Shown here one piece after another: positions 51,701-64,000 of a stretch of 64,000 nucleotides of DNA. The stretch's first letter is position 1. Each line of letters starts with the position of its first letter. Below the pieces are notes generated by a model. It was not told where the DNA came from and made no database searches. It worked only from the letters and a program-made list of their open reading frames with translations. This DNA comes from the human T2T-CHM13v2.0 reference genome, Homo sapiens: assembly GCF_009914755.1 (NCBI RefSeq), contig NC_060947.1; one strand, written 5' to 3'. The position numbers were made by a program, and so were the translations under genes.

Positions 51701-54700
51701 TTAGTTATGGGAAATTATTCCCGTTTCCAACGAAATCCTCAGAGAGCTCCAAATATCCACCTGCAGATTCTACCAAAAGTGTATTTGGAAACTGCTCCAT
51801 CAAAAGGCATGTTCAGCTCTGTGAGTGAAACTCCATCATCACAAAGAATATTCTGAGAATGCTTCCGTTTGCCTTTTATATGAAGTTCCTTCCTATACGA
51901 CCGTAGGCCTCAAAGCAGTCCAAATCTCCATTTGCAGATTCTACTAAAAGAGTGATTCCAATCTGCTCTATCAATAGGATTGTTCAACTCCATGAGTTGA
52001 ATGCCATCCTCACAAAGTCGTTTCTGAGAATGCTTCTATCTAGTTTTTATGTGAAGATATTTCCTTTTCCACCACAGGCCTCAAAGCCCTCCAAACGTCC
52101 ACTTGCAGATTCTCGAAAAAGAGTGTTTCATAGCTGCTCTTTCAAAAGGAAAGTTCAACTCTGGGAGTTGAATACAAACATCACAAAGTAGTTTCCGAGA
52201 ATGCTTCTGTTTAGTTTTTATGTGAAGATGATCCCGTTTCCAGTGAAATCTTCAAAGAGGTCCACATATCCCCTTGCAGATTCCAAAGAAAGAGGGTTTC
52301 AAAACTGCTCCATCAGAAGGATTGTTCAACTCTGTGAGTTGAATGCAGTCATCGCAGAAAACTTTCTGAGAATGCTTCTGTCTAGGTTTGATGTGAAGAT
52401 ATAGACGTTTCAAACGAAGGCTACAAAGTGGTCAAAATATACACTTGCAGATTCTACTACAAGGGTGTTGCAAACCTGAACTATCAAAGGAAGGTTCAAC
52501 TCCGTGAGTTGAATACAAACATCACAAAGAATGTTCTGAGTTTGCTTCCGTTCAGTTATGGGAAGTTGATCCCGTTTCCAACGAAATCCTCAGAGAGGTC
52601 CAAATATCCCCTTGCAGATTCTACAAAACGTGTGTTTGGAAACTGCTCCATCATAACGAATGTTCAGCTCCCTGAGTTAAACTCCATCGTCACAAAGAAT
52701 TTTCTGAGAGTGCTACCGTCTGGTTTTTATATGAAGCTCTTTCCTTCACTACCACAGGCCTCAAAGCGGTCCAAATCTCCACTTGCAGATTCTACAAAAA
52801 GAGTGTTTGCAAACTGCTCTATCAAAAGGAATGTTCAACTCTGGGAGTTGAATGCAATCATCACAGAGCAGTTTCTGAGAATGCTTCTATGTCGTTTTTA
52901 GGAGAAGATATTTCCTTTTCCAACACAGTCCTCCAAGCCCGCTAAATAGCCACTTGCACATTGTAGAAAAAGTGTGTCAAAGCTGCGCTATCAAAGGGAA
53001 AGTTCAACTCTGTGAGGTGAATGCAAACATCCCAAAGAAGTTTCTGAGAATGCTTCCGTTTAGCTTTTAGGTGAAGATTATCCCGTTTCCAACGAAACCT
53101 TCAAAGAGGTCCAAATATCCCCTTGCGGATCCCACAGAAAGAGTGTTTCGAAACTGCTGTTTCAAAAGGAATCTTCAACTCTGTGAGTTGAATGCAATCA
53201 TCCCAAAGAAGTTTCTGACAATGCTTCTCTCTCGTCTTTCTGTGAAGATAAAGGAAAAGGCTTTCAGGCCTTTTCCACCACAGGCCTGAAAGCGCTCCAA
53301 ATGTCCACTTGCAGATTCTGCCAAAAGAATATTTCAAAACTGCTCTATGAAAAGCAATGTTAAACTCTGTGGCTCGAACACAAACATCACAAAGCAGTTT
53401 CTGAGAATGCTTCAGTTTAGTTTTTCTGTGGAAATATTCCCGTTTCCAAAGAAATCTTCAAAGAGGTCCACGTATCCACTTACAGATTCTACAAAAAGAC
53501 AGTTTCAAAACTGCTCCATCAAAAGGAGGGTTCAACTGTGTGACTTGAATGCAATCATCACTCAGAAGTTTCTGAGAATGCTTCTCTTTAGTTTTTACGT
53601 GAACATATACCCGTTTCGAACGAAGGCCAGCCAGTGGTCCAAATATCCACTTGCAGATTCTACAGAAAGAGTGTTTCGAACCTGAACTCTCAAAGGCAGG
53701 TTCATCTCTGCGAGTTAAATGCATTCATCATGAAGAACTTTCTCAGAGTGTTTGTGTTTAGTTATGGGAAATTATTCCCGTTTCCAACGAAATCCTCAGA
53801 GAGGTCCAAATATCCACCTGCAGATTCTACCAAAAGTGTATTTGGAAACTGCTCCATCAAAAGGCATGTTCAGCTCTGTGAGTGAAACTCCATCATCACA
53901 AAGAATATTCTGAGAATGCTTCCGTTTGCCTTTTATATGAAGTTCCTTCCTATACGACCGTAGGCCTCAAAGCAGTCCAAATCTCCATTTGCAGATTCTA
54001 CAAAAAGAGTGATTCCAATCTGCTCTATCAATAGGATTGTTCAACTCCATGAGTTGAATGCCATCCTCACAAAGTCGTTTCTAAGAATGCTTCTATCTAG
54101 TTTTTATGTGAAGATATTTCCTTTTCCACCACAGGCCTCAAAGCCCTCCAAACGTCCACTTGCAGATTCTCGAAAAAGAGTGTTTCATAGCTGCTCTTTC
54201 AAAAGGAAAGTTCAACTCTGGGAGTTGAATACAAACATCACAAAGTAGTTTCCGAGAATGCTTCTGTTTAGTTTTTATGTGAAGATGATCCCGTTTCCAG
54301 TGAAATCTTCAAAGAGGTCCACATATCCCCTTGCAGATTCCAAAGAAAGAGGGTTTCAAAACTGCTCCATCAGAAGGATTGTTCAACTCTGTGAGTTGAA
54401 TGCAGTCATCGCAGAAAACTTTCTGAGAATGCTTCTGTCTAGGTTTGATGTGAAGATATAGACGTTTCAAACGAAGGCTACAAAGTGGTCAAAATATACA
54501 CTTGCAGATTCTACTACAAGGGTGTTGCAAACCTGAACTATCAAAGGAAGGTTCAACTCTGTGAGTTGAATACAAACATCACAAAGAATGTTCTGAGTTT
54601 GCTTCCGTTCAGTTATGGGAAGTTGATCCCGTTTCCAACGAAATCCTCAGAGAGGTCCAAATATCCCCTTGCAGATTCTACAAAACGTGTGTTTGGAAAC

Positions 54701-57700
54701 TGCTCCATCATAACGAATGTTCAGCTCCCTGAGTTAAACTCCATCGTCACAAAGAATTTTCTGAGAGTGCTACCGTCTGGTTTTTATATGAAGCTCTTTC
54801 CTTCACTACCACAGGCCTCAAAGCGGTCCAAATCTCCACTTGCAGATTCTACAAAAAGAGTGTTTGCAAACTGCTCTATCAAAAGGAATGTTCAACTCTG
54901 GGAGTTGAATGCAATCATCACAGAGCAGTTTCTGAGAATGCTTCTATGTCGTTTTTAGGAGAAGATATTTCCTTTTCCAACACAGTCCTCCAAGCCCGCT
55001 AAATAGCCACTTGCACATTGTAGAAAACGTGTGTCAAAGCTGCGCTATCAAAGGGAAAGTTCAACTCTGTGAGGTGAATGCAAACATCCCAAAGAAGTTT
55101 CTGAGAATGCTTCCGTTTAGCTTTTAGGTGAAGATTATCCCGTTTCCAACGAAACCTTCAAAGAGGTCCAAATATCCCCTTGCGGATCCCACAGAAAGAG
55201 TGTTTCGAAACTGCTGTTTCAAAAGGAATCTTCAACTCTGTGAGTTGAATGCAATCATCACAAAGAAGTTTCTGACAATGCTTCTCTCTCGTCTTTCTGT
55301 GAAGATAAAGGAAAAGGCTTTCAGGCCTTTTCCACCACAGGCCTGAAAGCGCTCCAAATGTCCACTTGCAGATTCTGCCAAAAGAATATTTCAAAACTGC
55401 TCTATGAAAAGCAATGTTAAACTCTGTGGCTCGAACACAAACATCACAAAGCGGTTTCTGAGAATGCTTCAGTTTAGTTTTTCTGTGGAAATATTCCCGT
55501 TTCCAAAGAAATCTTCAAAGAGGTCCACGTATCCACTTACAGATTCTACAAAAAGACAGTTTCAAAACTGCTCCATCAAAAGGAGGGTTCAACTGTGTGA
55601 CTTGAATGCAATCATCACTCAGAAGTTTCTGAGAATGCTTCTCTTTAGTTTTTACGTGAACATATACCCGTTTCGAACGAAGGCCAGCCAGTGGTCCAAA
55701 TATCCACTTGCAGATTCTACAGAAAGAGTGTTTCGAACCTGAACTCTCAAAGGCAGGTTCATCTCTGCGAGTTAAATGCATTCATCATGAAGAACTTTCT
55801 CAGAGTGTTTGTGTTTAGTTATGGGAAATTATTCCCGTTTCCAACGAAATCCTCAGAGAGCTCCAAATATCCACCTGCAGATTCTACCAAAAGTGTATTT
55901 GGAAACTGCTCCATCAAAAGGCATGTTCAGCTCTGTGAGTGAAACTCCATCATCACAAAGAATATTCTGAGAATGCTTCCATTTGCCTTTTATATGAAGT
56001 TCCTTCCTATACGACCGTAGGCCTCAAAGCAGTCCAAATCTCCATTTGCAGATTCTACAAAAAGAGTGATTCCAATCTGCTCTATCAATAGGATTGTTCA
56101 ACTCCATGAGTTGAATGCCATCCTCACAAAGTCGTTTCTGAGAATGCTTCTATCTAGTTTTTATGTGAAGATATTTCCTTTTCCACCACAGGCCTCAAAG
56201 CCCTCCAAACGTCCACTTGCAGATTCTCGAAAAAGAGTGTTTCATAGCTGCTCTTTCAAAAGGAAAGTTCAACTCTGGGAGTTGAATACAAACATCACAA
56301 AGTAGTTTCCGAGAATGCTTCTGTTTAGTTTTTATGTGAAGATGATCCCGTTTCCAGTGAAATCTTCAAAGAGGTCCACATATCCCCTTGCAGATTCCAA
56401 AGAAAGAGGGTTTCAAAACTGCTCCATCAGAAGGATTGTTCAACTCTGTGAGTTGAATGCAGTCATCGCAGAAAACTTTCTGAGAATGCTTCTGTCTAGG
56501 TTTGATGTGAAGATATAGACGTTTCAAACGAAGGCTACAAAGTGGTCAAAATATACACTTGCAGATTCTACTACAAGGGTGTTGCAAACCTGAACTATCA
56601 AAGGAAGGTTCAACTCTGTGAGTTGAATACAAACATCACAAAGAATGTTCTGAGTTTGCTTCCGTTCAGTTATGGGAAGTTGATCCCGTTTCCAACGAAA
56701 TCCTCAGAGAGGTCCAAATATCCCCTTGCAGATTCTACAAAACGTGTGTTTGGAAACTGCTCCATCATAACGAATGTTCAGCTCCCTGAGTTAAACTCCA
56801 TCGTCACAAAGAATTTTCTGAGAGTGCTACCGTCTGGTTTTTATATGAAGCTCTTTCCTTCACTACCACAGGCCTCAAAGCGGTCCAAATCTCCACTTGC
56901 AGATTCTACAAAAAGAGTGTTTGCAAACTGCTCTATCAAAAGGAATGTTCAACTCTGGGAGTTGAATGCAATCATCACAGAGCAGTTTCTGAGAATGCTT
57001 CTATGTCGTTTTTAGGAGAAGATATTTCCTTTTCCAACACAGTCCTCCAAGCCCGCTAAATAGCCACTTGCACATTGTAGAAAAAGTGTGTCAAAGCTGC
57101 GCTATCAAAGGGAAAGTTCAACTCTGTGAGGTGAATGCAAACATCCCAAAGAAGTTTCTGAGAATGCTTCCGTTTAGCTTTTAGGTGAAGATTATCCCGT
57201 TTCCAACGAAACCTTCAAAGAGGTCCAAATATCCCCTTGCGGATCCCACAGAAAGAGTGTTTCGAAACTGCTGTTTCAAAAGGAATCTTCAACTCTGTGA
57301 GTTGAATGCAATCATCACAAAGAAGTTTCTGACAATGCTTCTCTCTCGTCTTTCTGTGAAGATAAAGGAAAAGGCTTTCAGGCCTTTTCCACCACAGGCC
57401 TGAAAGCGCTCCAAATGTCCACTTGCAGATTCTGCCAAAAGAATATTTCAAAACTGCTCTATGAAAAGCAATGTTAAACTCTGTGGCTCGAACACAAACA
57501 TCACAAAGCGGTTTCTGAGAATGCTTCAGTTTAGTTTTTCTGTGGAAATATTCCCGTTTCCAAAGAAATCTTCAAAGAGGTCCACGTATCCACTTACAGA
57601 TTCTACAAAAAGACAGTTTCAAAACTGCTCCATCAAAAGGAGGGTTCTACTGTGTGACTTGAATGCAATCATCACTCACAAGTTTCTGAGAATGCTTCTC

Positions 57701-60700
57701 TTTAGTTTTTACGTGAACATATACCCGTTTCGAACGAAGGCCAGCCAGTGGTCCAAATATCCACTTGCAGATTCTACAGAAAGAGTGTTTCGAACCTGAA
57801 CTCTCAAAGGCAGGTTCATCTCTGCGAGTTAAATGCATTCATCATGAAGAACTTTCTCAGAGTGTTTGTGTTTAGTTATGGGAAATTATTCCCGTTTCCA
57901 ACGAAATCCTCAGAGAGGTCCAAATATCCACCTGCAGATTCTACCAAAAGTGTATTTGGAAACTGCTCCATCAAAAGGCATGTTCAGCTCTGTGAGTGAA
58001 ACTCCATCATCACAAAGAATATTCTGAGAATGCTTCCATTTGCCTTTTATATGAAGTTCCTTCCTATACGACCGTAGGCCTCAAAGCAGTCCAAATCTCC
58101 ATTTGCAGATTCTACAAAAAGAGTGATTCCAATCTGCTCTATCAATAGGATTGTTCAACTCCATGAGTTGAATGCCATCCTCACAAAGTCGTTTCTGAGA
58201 ATGCTTCTATCTAGTTTTTATGTGAAGATATTTCCTTTTCCACCACAGGCCTCAAATCCCTCCAAACGTCCACTTGCAGATTCTCGAAAAAGAGTGTTTC
58301 ATAGCTGCTCTTTCAAAAGGAAAGTTCAACTCTGGGAGTTGAATACAAACATCACAAAGTAGTTTCCGAGAATGCTTCTGTTTAGTTTTTATGTGAAGAT
58401 GATCCCGTTTCCAGTGAAATCTTCAAAGAGGTCCACATATCCCCTTGCAGATTCCAAAGAAAGAGGGTTTCAAAACTGCTCCATCAGAAGGATTGTTCAA
58501 CTCTGTGAGTTGAATGCAGTCATCGCAGAAAACTTTCTGAGAATGCTTCTGTCTAGGTTTGATGTGAAGATATAGACGTTTCAAACGAAGGCTACAAAGT
58601 GGTCAAAATATACACTTGCAGATTCTACTACAAGGGTGTTGCAAACCTGAAATATCAAAGGAAGGTTCAACTCCGTCAGTTGAATACAAACATCACAAAG
58701 AATGTTCTGAGTTTGCTTCCGTTCAGTTATGGGAAGTTGATCCCGTTTCCAACGAAATCCTCAGAGAGGTCCAAATATCCCCTTGCAGATTCTACAAAAC
58801 GTGTGTTTGGAAACTGCTCCATCATAACGAATGTTCAGCTCCCTGAGTTAAACTCCATCGTCACAAAGAATTTTCTGAGAGTGCTACCATCTGGTTTTTA
58901 TATGAAGTTCTTTCCTTCACTACCACAGGCCTCAAAGCGGTCCAAATCTCCACTTGCAGATTCTACAAAAAGAGTGTTTGCAAACTGCTCTATCAAAAGG
59001 AATGTTCAACTCTGGGAGTTGAATGCAATCATCACAGAGCAGTTTCTGAGAATGCTTCTATGTCGTTTTTAGGAGAAGATATTTCCTTTTCCAACACAGT
59101 CCTCCAAGCCCGCTAAATAGCCACTTGCACATTGTAGAAAAAGTGTGTCAAAGCTACGCTATCAAAGGGAAAGTTCAACTCTGTGAGGTGAATGCAAACA
59201 TCCCAAAGAAGTTTCTGAGAATGCTTCCGTTTAGCTTTTAGGTGAAGATTATCCCGTTTCCAACGAAACCTTCAAAGAGGTCCAAATATCCCCTTGCGGA
59301 TCCCACAGAAAGAGTGTTTCGAAACTGCTGTTTCAAAAGGAATCTTCAACTCTGTGAGTTGAATGCAATCATCACAAAGAAGTTTCTGACAATGCTTCTC
59401 TCTCGTCTTTCTGTGAAGATAAAGGAAAAGGCTTTCAGGCCTTTTCCACCACAGGCCTGAAAGCGCTCCAAATGTCCACTTGCAGATTCTGCCAAAAGAA
59501 TATTTCAAAACTGCTCTATGAAAAGCAATGTTAAACTCTGTGGCTCGAACACAAACATCACAAAGCAGTTTCTGAGAATGCTTCAGTTTAGTTTTTCTGT
59601 GGAAATATTCCCGTTTCCAAAGAAATCTTCAAAGAGGTCCACGTATCCACTTACAGATTCTACAAAAAGACAGTTTCAAAACTGCTCCATCAAAAGGAGG
59701 GTTCAACTGTGTGACTTGAATGCAATCATCACTCACAAGTTTCTGAGAATGCTTCTCTTTAGTTTTTACGTGAACATATACCCGTTTCGAACGAAGGCCA
59801 CCCAGTGGTCCAAATATCCACTTGCAGATTCTACAGAAAGAGTGTTTCGAACCTGAACTCTCAAAGGCAGGTTCATCTCTGCGAGTTAAATGCATTCATC
59901 ATGAAGAACTTTCTCAGAGTGTCTGTGTTTAGTTATGGGAAATTATTCCCGTTTCCAACGAAATCCTCAGAGAGCTCCAAATATCCACCTGCAGATTCTA
60001 CCAAAAGTGTATTTGGAAACTGCTCCATCAAAAGGCATGTTCAGCTCTGTGAGTGAAACTCCATCATCACAAAGAATATTCTGAGAATGCTTCCGTTTGC
60101 CTTTTATATGAAGTTCCTTCCTATACGACCGTAGGCCTCAAAGCAGTCCAAATCTCCATTTGCAGATTCTACTAAAAGAGTGATTCCAATCTGCTCTATC
60201 AATAGGATTGTTCAACTCCATGAGTTGAATGCCATCCTCACAAAGTCGTTTCTGAGAATGCTTCTATCTAGTTTTTATGTGAAGATATTTCCTTTTCCAC
60301 CACAGGCCTCAAAGCCCTCCAAACGTCCACTTGCAGATTCTCGAAAAAGAGTGTTTCATAGCTGCTCTTTCAAAAGGAAAGTTCAACTCTGGGAGTTGAA
60401 TACAAACATCACAAAGTAGTTTCCGAGAATGCTTCTGTTTAGTTTTTATGTGAAGATGATCCCGTTTCCAGTGAAATCTTCAAAGAGGTCCACATATCCC
60501 CTTGCAGATTCCAAAGAAAGAGGGTTTCAAAACTGCTCCATCAGAAGGATTGTTCAACTCTGTGAGTTGAATGCAGTCATCGCAGAAAACTTTCTGAGAA
60601 TGCTTCTGTCTAGGTTTGATGTGAAGATATAGACGTTTCAAACGAAGGCTACAAAGTGGTCAAAATATACACTTGCAGATTCTACTACAAGGGTGTTGCA

Positions 60701-63700
60701 AACCTGAACTATCAAAGGAAGGTTCAACTCCGTGAGTTGAATACAAACATCACAAAGAATGTTCTGAGTTTGCTTCCGTTCAGTTATGGGAAGTTGATCC
60801 CGTTTCCAACGAAATCCTCAGAGAGGTCCAAATATCCCCTTGCAGATTCTACAAAACGTGTGTTTGGAAACTGCTCCATCATAACGAATGTTCAGCTCCC
60901 TGAGTTAAACTCCATCGTCACAAAGAATTTTCTGAGAGTGCTACCGTCTGGTTTTTATATGAAGCTCTTTCCTTCACTACCACAGGCCTCAAAGCGGTCC
61001 AAATCTCCACTTGCAGATTCTACAAAAAGAGTGTTTGCAAACTGCTCTATCAAAAGGAATGTTCAACTCTGGGAGTTGAATGCAATCATCACAGAGCAGT
61101 TTCTGAGAATGCTTCTATGTCGTTTTTAGGAGAAGATATTTCCTTTTCCAACACAGTCCTCCAAGCCCGCTAAATAGCCACTTGCACATTGTAGAAAAAG
61201 TGTGTCAAAGCTGCGCTATCAAAGGGAAAGTTCAACTCTGTGAGGTGAATGCAAACATCCCAAAGAAGTTTCTGAGAATGCTTCCGTTTAGCTTTTAGGT
61301 GAAGATTATCCCGTTTCCAACGAAACCTTCAAAGAGGTCCAAATATCCCCTTGCGGATCCCACAGAAAGAGTGTTTCGAAACTGCTGTTTCAAAAGGAAT
61401 CTTCAACTCTGTGAGTTGAATGCAATCATCCCAAAGAAGTTTCTGACAATGCTTCTCTCTCGTCTTTCTGTGAAGATAAAGGAAAAGGCTTTCAGGCCTT
61501 TTCCACCACAGGCCTGAAAGCGCTCCAAATGTCCACTTGCAGATTCTGCCAAAAGAATATTTCAAAACTGCTCTATGAAAAGCAATGTTAAACTCTGTGG
61601 CTCGAACACAAACATCACAAAGCAGTTTCTGAGAATGCTTCAGTTTAGTTTTTCTGTGGAAATATTCCCGTTTCCAAAGAAATCTTCAAAGAGGTCCACG
61701 TATCCACTTACAGATTCTACAAAAAGACAGTTTCAAAACTGCTCCATCAAAAGGAGGGTTCAACTGTGTGACTTGAATGCAATCATCACTCAGAAGTTTC
61801 TGAGAATGCTTCTCTTTAGTTTTTACGTGAACATATACCCGTTTCGAACGAAGGCCAGCCAGTGGTCCAAATATCCACTTGCAGATTCTACAGAAAGAGT
61901 GTTTCGAACCTGAACTCTCAAAGGCAGGTTCATCTCTGCGAGTTAAATGCATTCATCATGAAGAACTTTCTCAGAGTGTTTGTGTTTAGTTATGGGAAAT
62001 TATTCCCGTTTCCAACGAAATCCTCAGAGAGGTCCAAATATCCACCTGCAGATTCTACCAAAAGTGTATTTGGAAACTGCTCCATCAAAAGGCATGTTCA
62101 GCTCTGTGAGTGAAACTCCATCATCACAAAGAATATTCTGAGAATGCTTCCGTTTGCCTTTTATATGAAGTTCCTTCCTATACGACCGTAGGCCTCAAAG
62201 CAGTCCAAATCTCCATTTGCAGATTCTACAAAAAGAGTGATTCCAATCTGCTCTATCAATAGGATTGTTCAACTCCATGAGTTGAATGCCATCCTCACAA
62301 AGTCGTTTCTAAGAATGCTTCTATCTAGTTTTTATGTGAAGATATTTCCTTTTCCACCACAGGCCTCAAAGCCCTCCAAACGTCCACTTGCAGATTCTCG
62401 AAAAAGAGTGTTTCATAGCTGCTCTTTCAAAAGGAAAGTTCAACTCTGGGAGTTGAATACAAACATCACAAAGTAGTTTCCGAGAATGCTTCTGTTTAGT
62501 TTTTATGTGAAGATGATCCCGTTTCCAGTGAAATCTTCAAAGAGGTCCACATATCCCCTTGCAGATTCCAAAGAAAGAGGGTTTCAAAACTGCTCCATCA
62601 GAAGGATTGTTCAACTCTGTGAGTTGAATGCAGTCATCGCAGAAAACTTTCTGAGAATGCTTCTGTCTAGGTTTGATGTGAAGATATAGACGTTTCAAAC
62701 GAAGGCTACAAAGTGGTCAAAATATACACTTGCAGATTCTACTACAAGGGTGTTGCAAACCTGAACTATCAAAGGAAGGTTCAACTCTGTGAGTTGAATA
62801 CAAACATCACAAAGAATGTTCTGAGTTTGCTTCCGTTCAGTTATGGGAAGTTGATCCCGTTTCCAACGAAATCCTCAGAGAGGTCCAAATATCCCCTTGC
62901 AGATTCTACAAAACGTGTGTTTGGAAACTGCTCCATCATAACGAATGTTCAGCTCCCTGAGTTAAACTCCATCGTCACAAAGAATTTTCTGAGAGTGCTA
63001 CCGTCTGGTTTTTATATGAAGCTCTTTCCTTCACTACCACAGGCCTCAAAGCGGTCCAAATCTCCACTTGCAGATTCTACAAAAAGAGTGTTTGCAAACT
63101 GCTCTATCAAAAGGAATGTTCAACTCTGGGAGTTGAATGCAATCATCACAGAGCAGTTTCTGAGAATGCTTCTATGTCGTTTTTAGGAGAAGATATTTCC
63201 TTTTCCAACACAGTCCTCCAAGCCCGCTAAATAGCCACTTGCACATTGTAGAAAAAGTGTGTCAAAGCTGCGCTATCAAAGGGAAAGTTCAACTCTGTGA
63301 GGTGAATGCAAACATCCCAAAGAAGTTTCTGAGAATGCTTCCGTTTAGCTTTTAGGTGAAGATTATCCCGTTTCCAACGAAACCTTCAAAGAGGTCCAAA
63401 TATCCCCTTGCGGATCCCACAGAAAGAGTGTTTCGAAACTGCTGTTTCAAAAGGAATCTTCAACTCTGTGAGTTGAATGCAATCATCACAAAGAAGTTTC
63501 TGACAATGCTTCTCTCTCGTCTTTCTGTGAAGATAAAGGAAAAGGCTTTCAGGCCTTTTCCACCACAGGCCTGAAAGCGCTCCAAATGTCCACTTGCAGA
63601 TTCTGCCAAAAGAATATTTCAAAACTGCTCTATGAAAAGCAATGTTAAACTCTGTGGCTCGAACACAAACATCACAAAGCGGTTTCTGAGAATGCTTCAG

Positions 63701-64000
63701 TTTAGTTTTTCTGTGGAAATATTCCCGTTTCCAAAGAAATCTTCAAAGAGGTCCACGTATCCACTTACAGATTCTACAAAAAGACAGTTTCAAAACTGCT
63801 CCATCAAAAGGAGGGTTCAACTGTGTGACTTGAATGCAATCATCACTCAGAAGTTTCTGAGAATGCTTCTCTTTAGTTTTTACGTGAACATATACCCGTT
63901 TCGAACGAAGGCCAGCCAGTGGTCCAAATATCCACTTGCAGATTCTACAGAAAGAGTGTTTCGAACCTGAACTCTCAAAGGCAGGTTCATCTCTGCGAGT
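48780..64000 (-). repeat. Second-order tandem duplication with 8,228-bp (four-HOR) period; second copy truncated by the window end
   Basis: Shared at +8228: ttctactg ~49418/57646, tcaaatccc 50024/58252, ctgaaatat 50419/58647, ctactaaaag 51941/60169, tccgtgag 52501/60729, ctaagaat 54081/62309. Confidence 0.88.

Larger units (their letters stand above)
1..64000 (-). repeat. DXZ1: Centromeric alpha-satellite higher-order repeat array, DXZ1-type (human chrX, 12-mer, ~2,057 bp, ~31 copies)
   Basis: Alpha-satellite motifs (tttctgagaatgctt, ccacttgcagattct, gttcaactctgtgagttgaatgca) recur every ~171 bp. The same ORF starts at 157, 2214, 4271, ... 61862 (steps of 2057 or 2056). There is one GGATCC per unit (1707-1712). 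A 2.0-kb BamHI 12-mer is the established signature of DXZ1. The array runs off both window ends. Confidence 0.96.

Noticed and set aside
157-63970. Recurrent 63-157 aa ORFs on both strands (e.g. 1008..1481, 1927..2265)
   Set aside because: They are translations of alpha satellite. The 171-bp monomer is a multiple of 3, which gives internally repetitive 57-aa peptides. Many start at GTG, none has a recognisable domain, and they are freely opened or truncated by SNVs and indels (e.g. stops at 599, 28071 and 30983).
1-64000. CRISPR-like repeat-spacer appearance (conserved motifs separated by variable sequence)
   Set aside because: The intervening sequences are homologous monomer parts repeating every 2,057 bp, not unique spacers. 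There are no cas genes or leader.
1-64000. Possible L1/Alu insertion, inversion or monomer-deleted HOR variant
   Set aside because: The HOR period is 2057 or 2056 throughout and the orientation is constant. The only length changes are five 1-bp deletions (~6304, 10417, 14530, ~20024, ~24137).
1-64000. Claim that this window is the active kinetochore (CENP-A) domain
   Set aside because: This cannot be determined from sequence. It requires methylation or CENP-A mapping data.

Overview
The whole 64 kb window is one uninterrupted, head-to-tail array of primate centromeric alpha satellite. It is made of ~171-bp monomers organised into a 12-monomer, 2,057-bp higher-order repeat (HOR), with about 31 copies. 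The period, the single BamHI/PstI/SacI site per unit, the pentameric B-B-B-A-A / B-B-B-A-A / B-A layout and the one long ~186-bp monomer match the human X-chromosome centromeric array DXZ1 (suprachromosomal family 3, S3CXH1L). The conventional alpha-satellite strand, on which the CENP-B box reads YTTCGTTGGAARCGGGA, is the minus strand. I see no genes, transposon insertions, inversions or monomer-number HOR variants. All listed ORFs are artefacts of the repeat. I found no new protein-coding system. The interesting signal is in the fine structure: nested recent tandem duplications of 2, 3 and 4 HORs; individual CENP-B box knock-outs; clusters of private mutations; SNV alleles that copy other monomers of the same HOR; and an insertion in one monomer built from inverted copies of its own flanks that forms two mutually exclusive hairpins. 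Variant calls were made by eye and need alignment-based confirmation.
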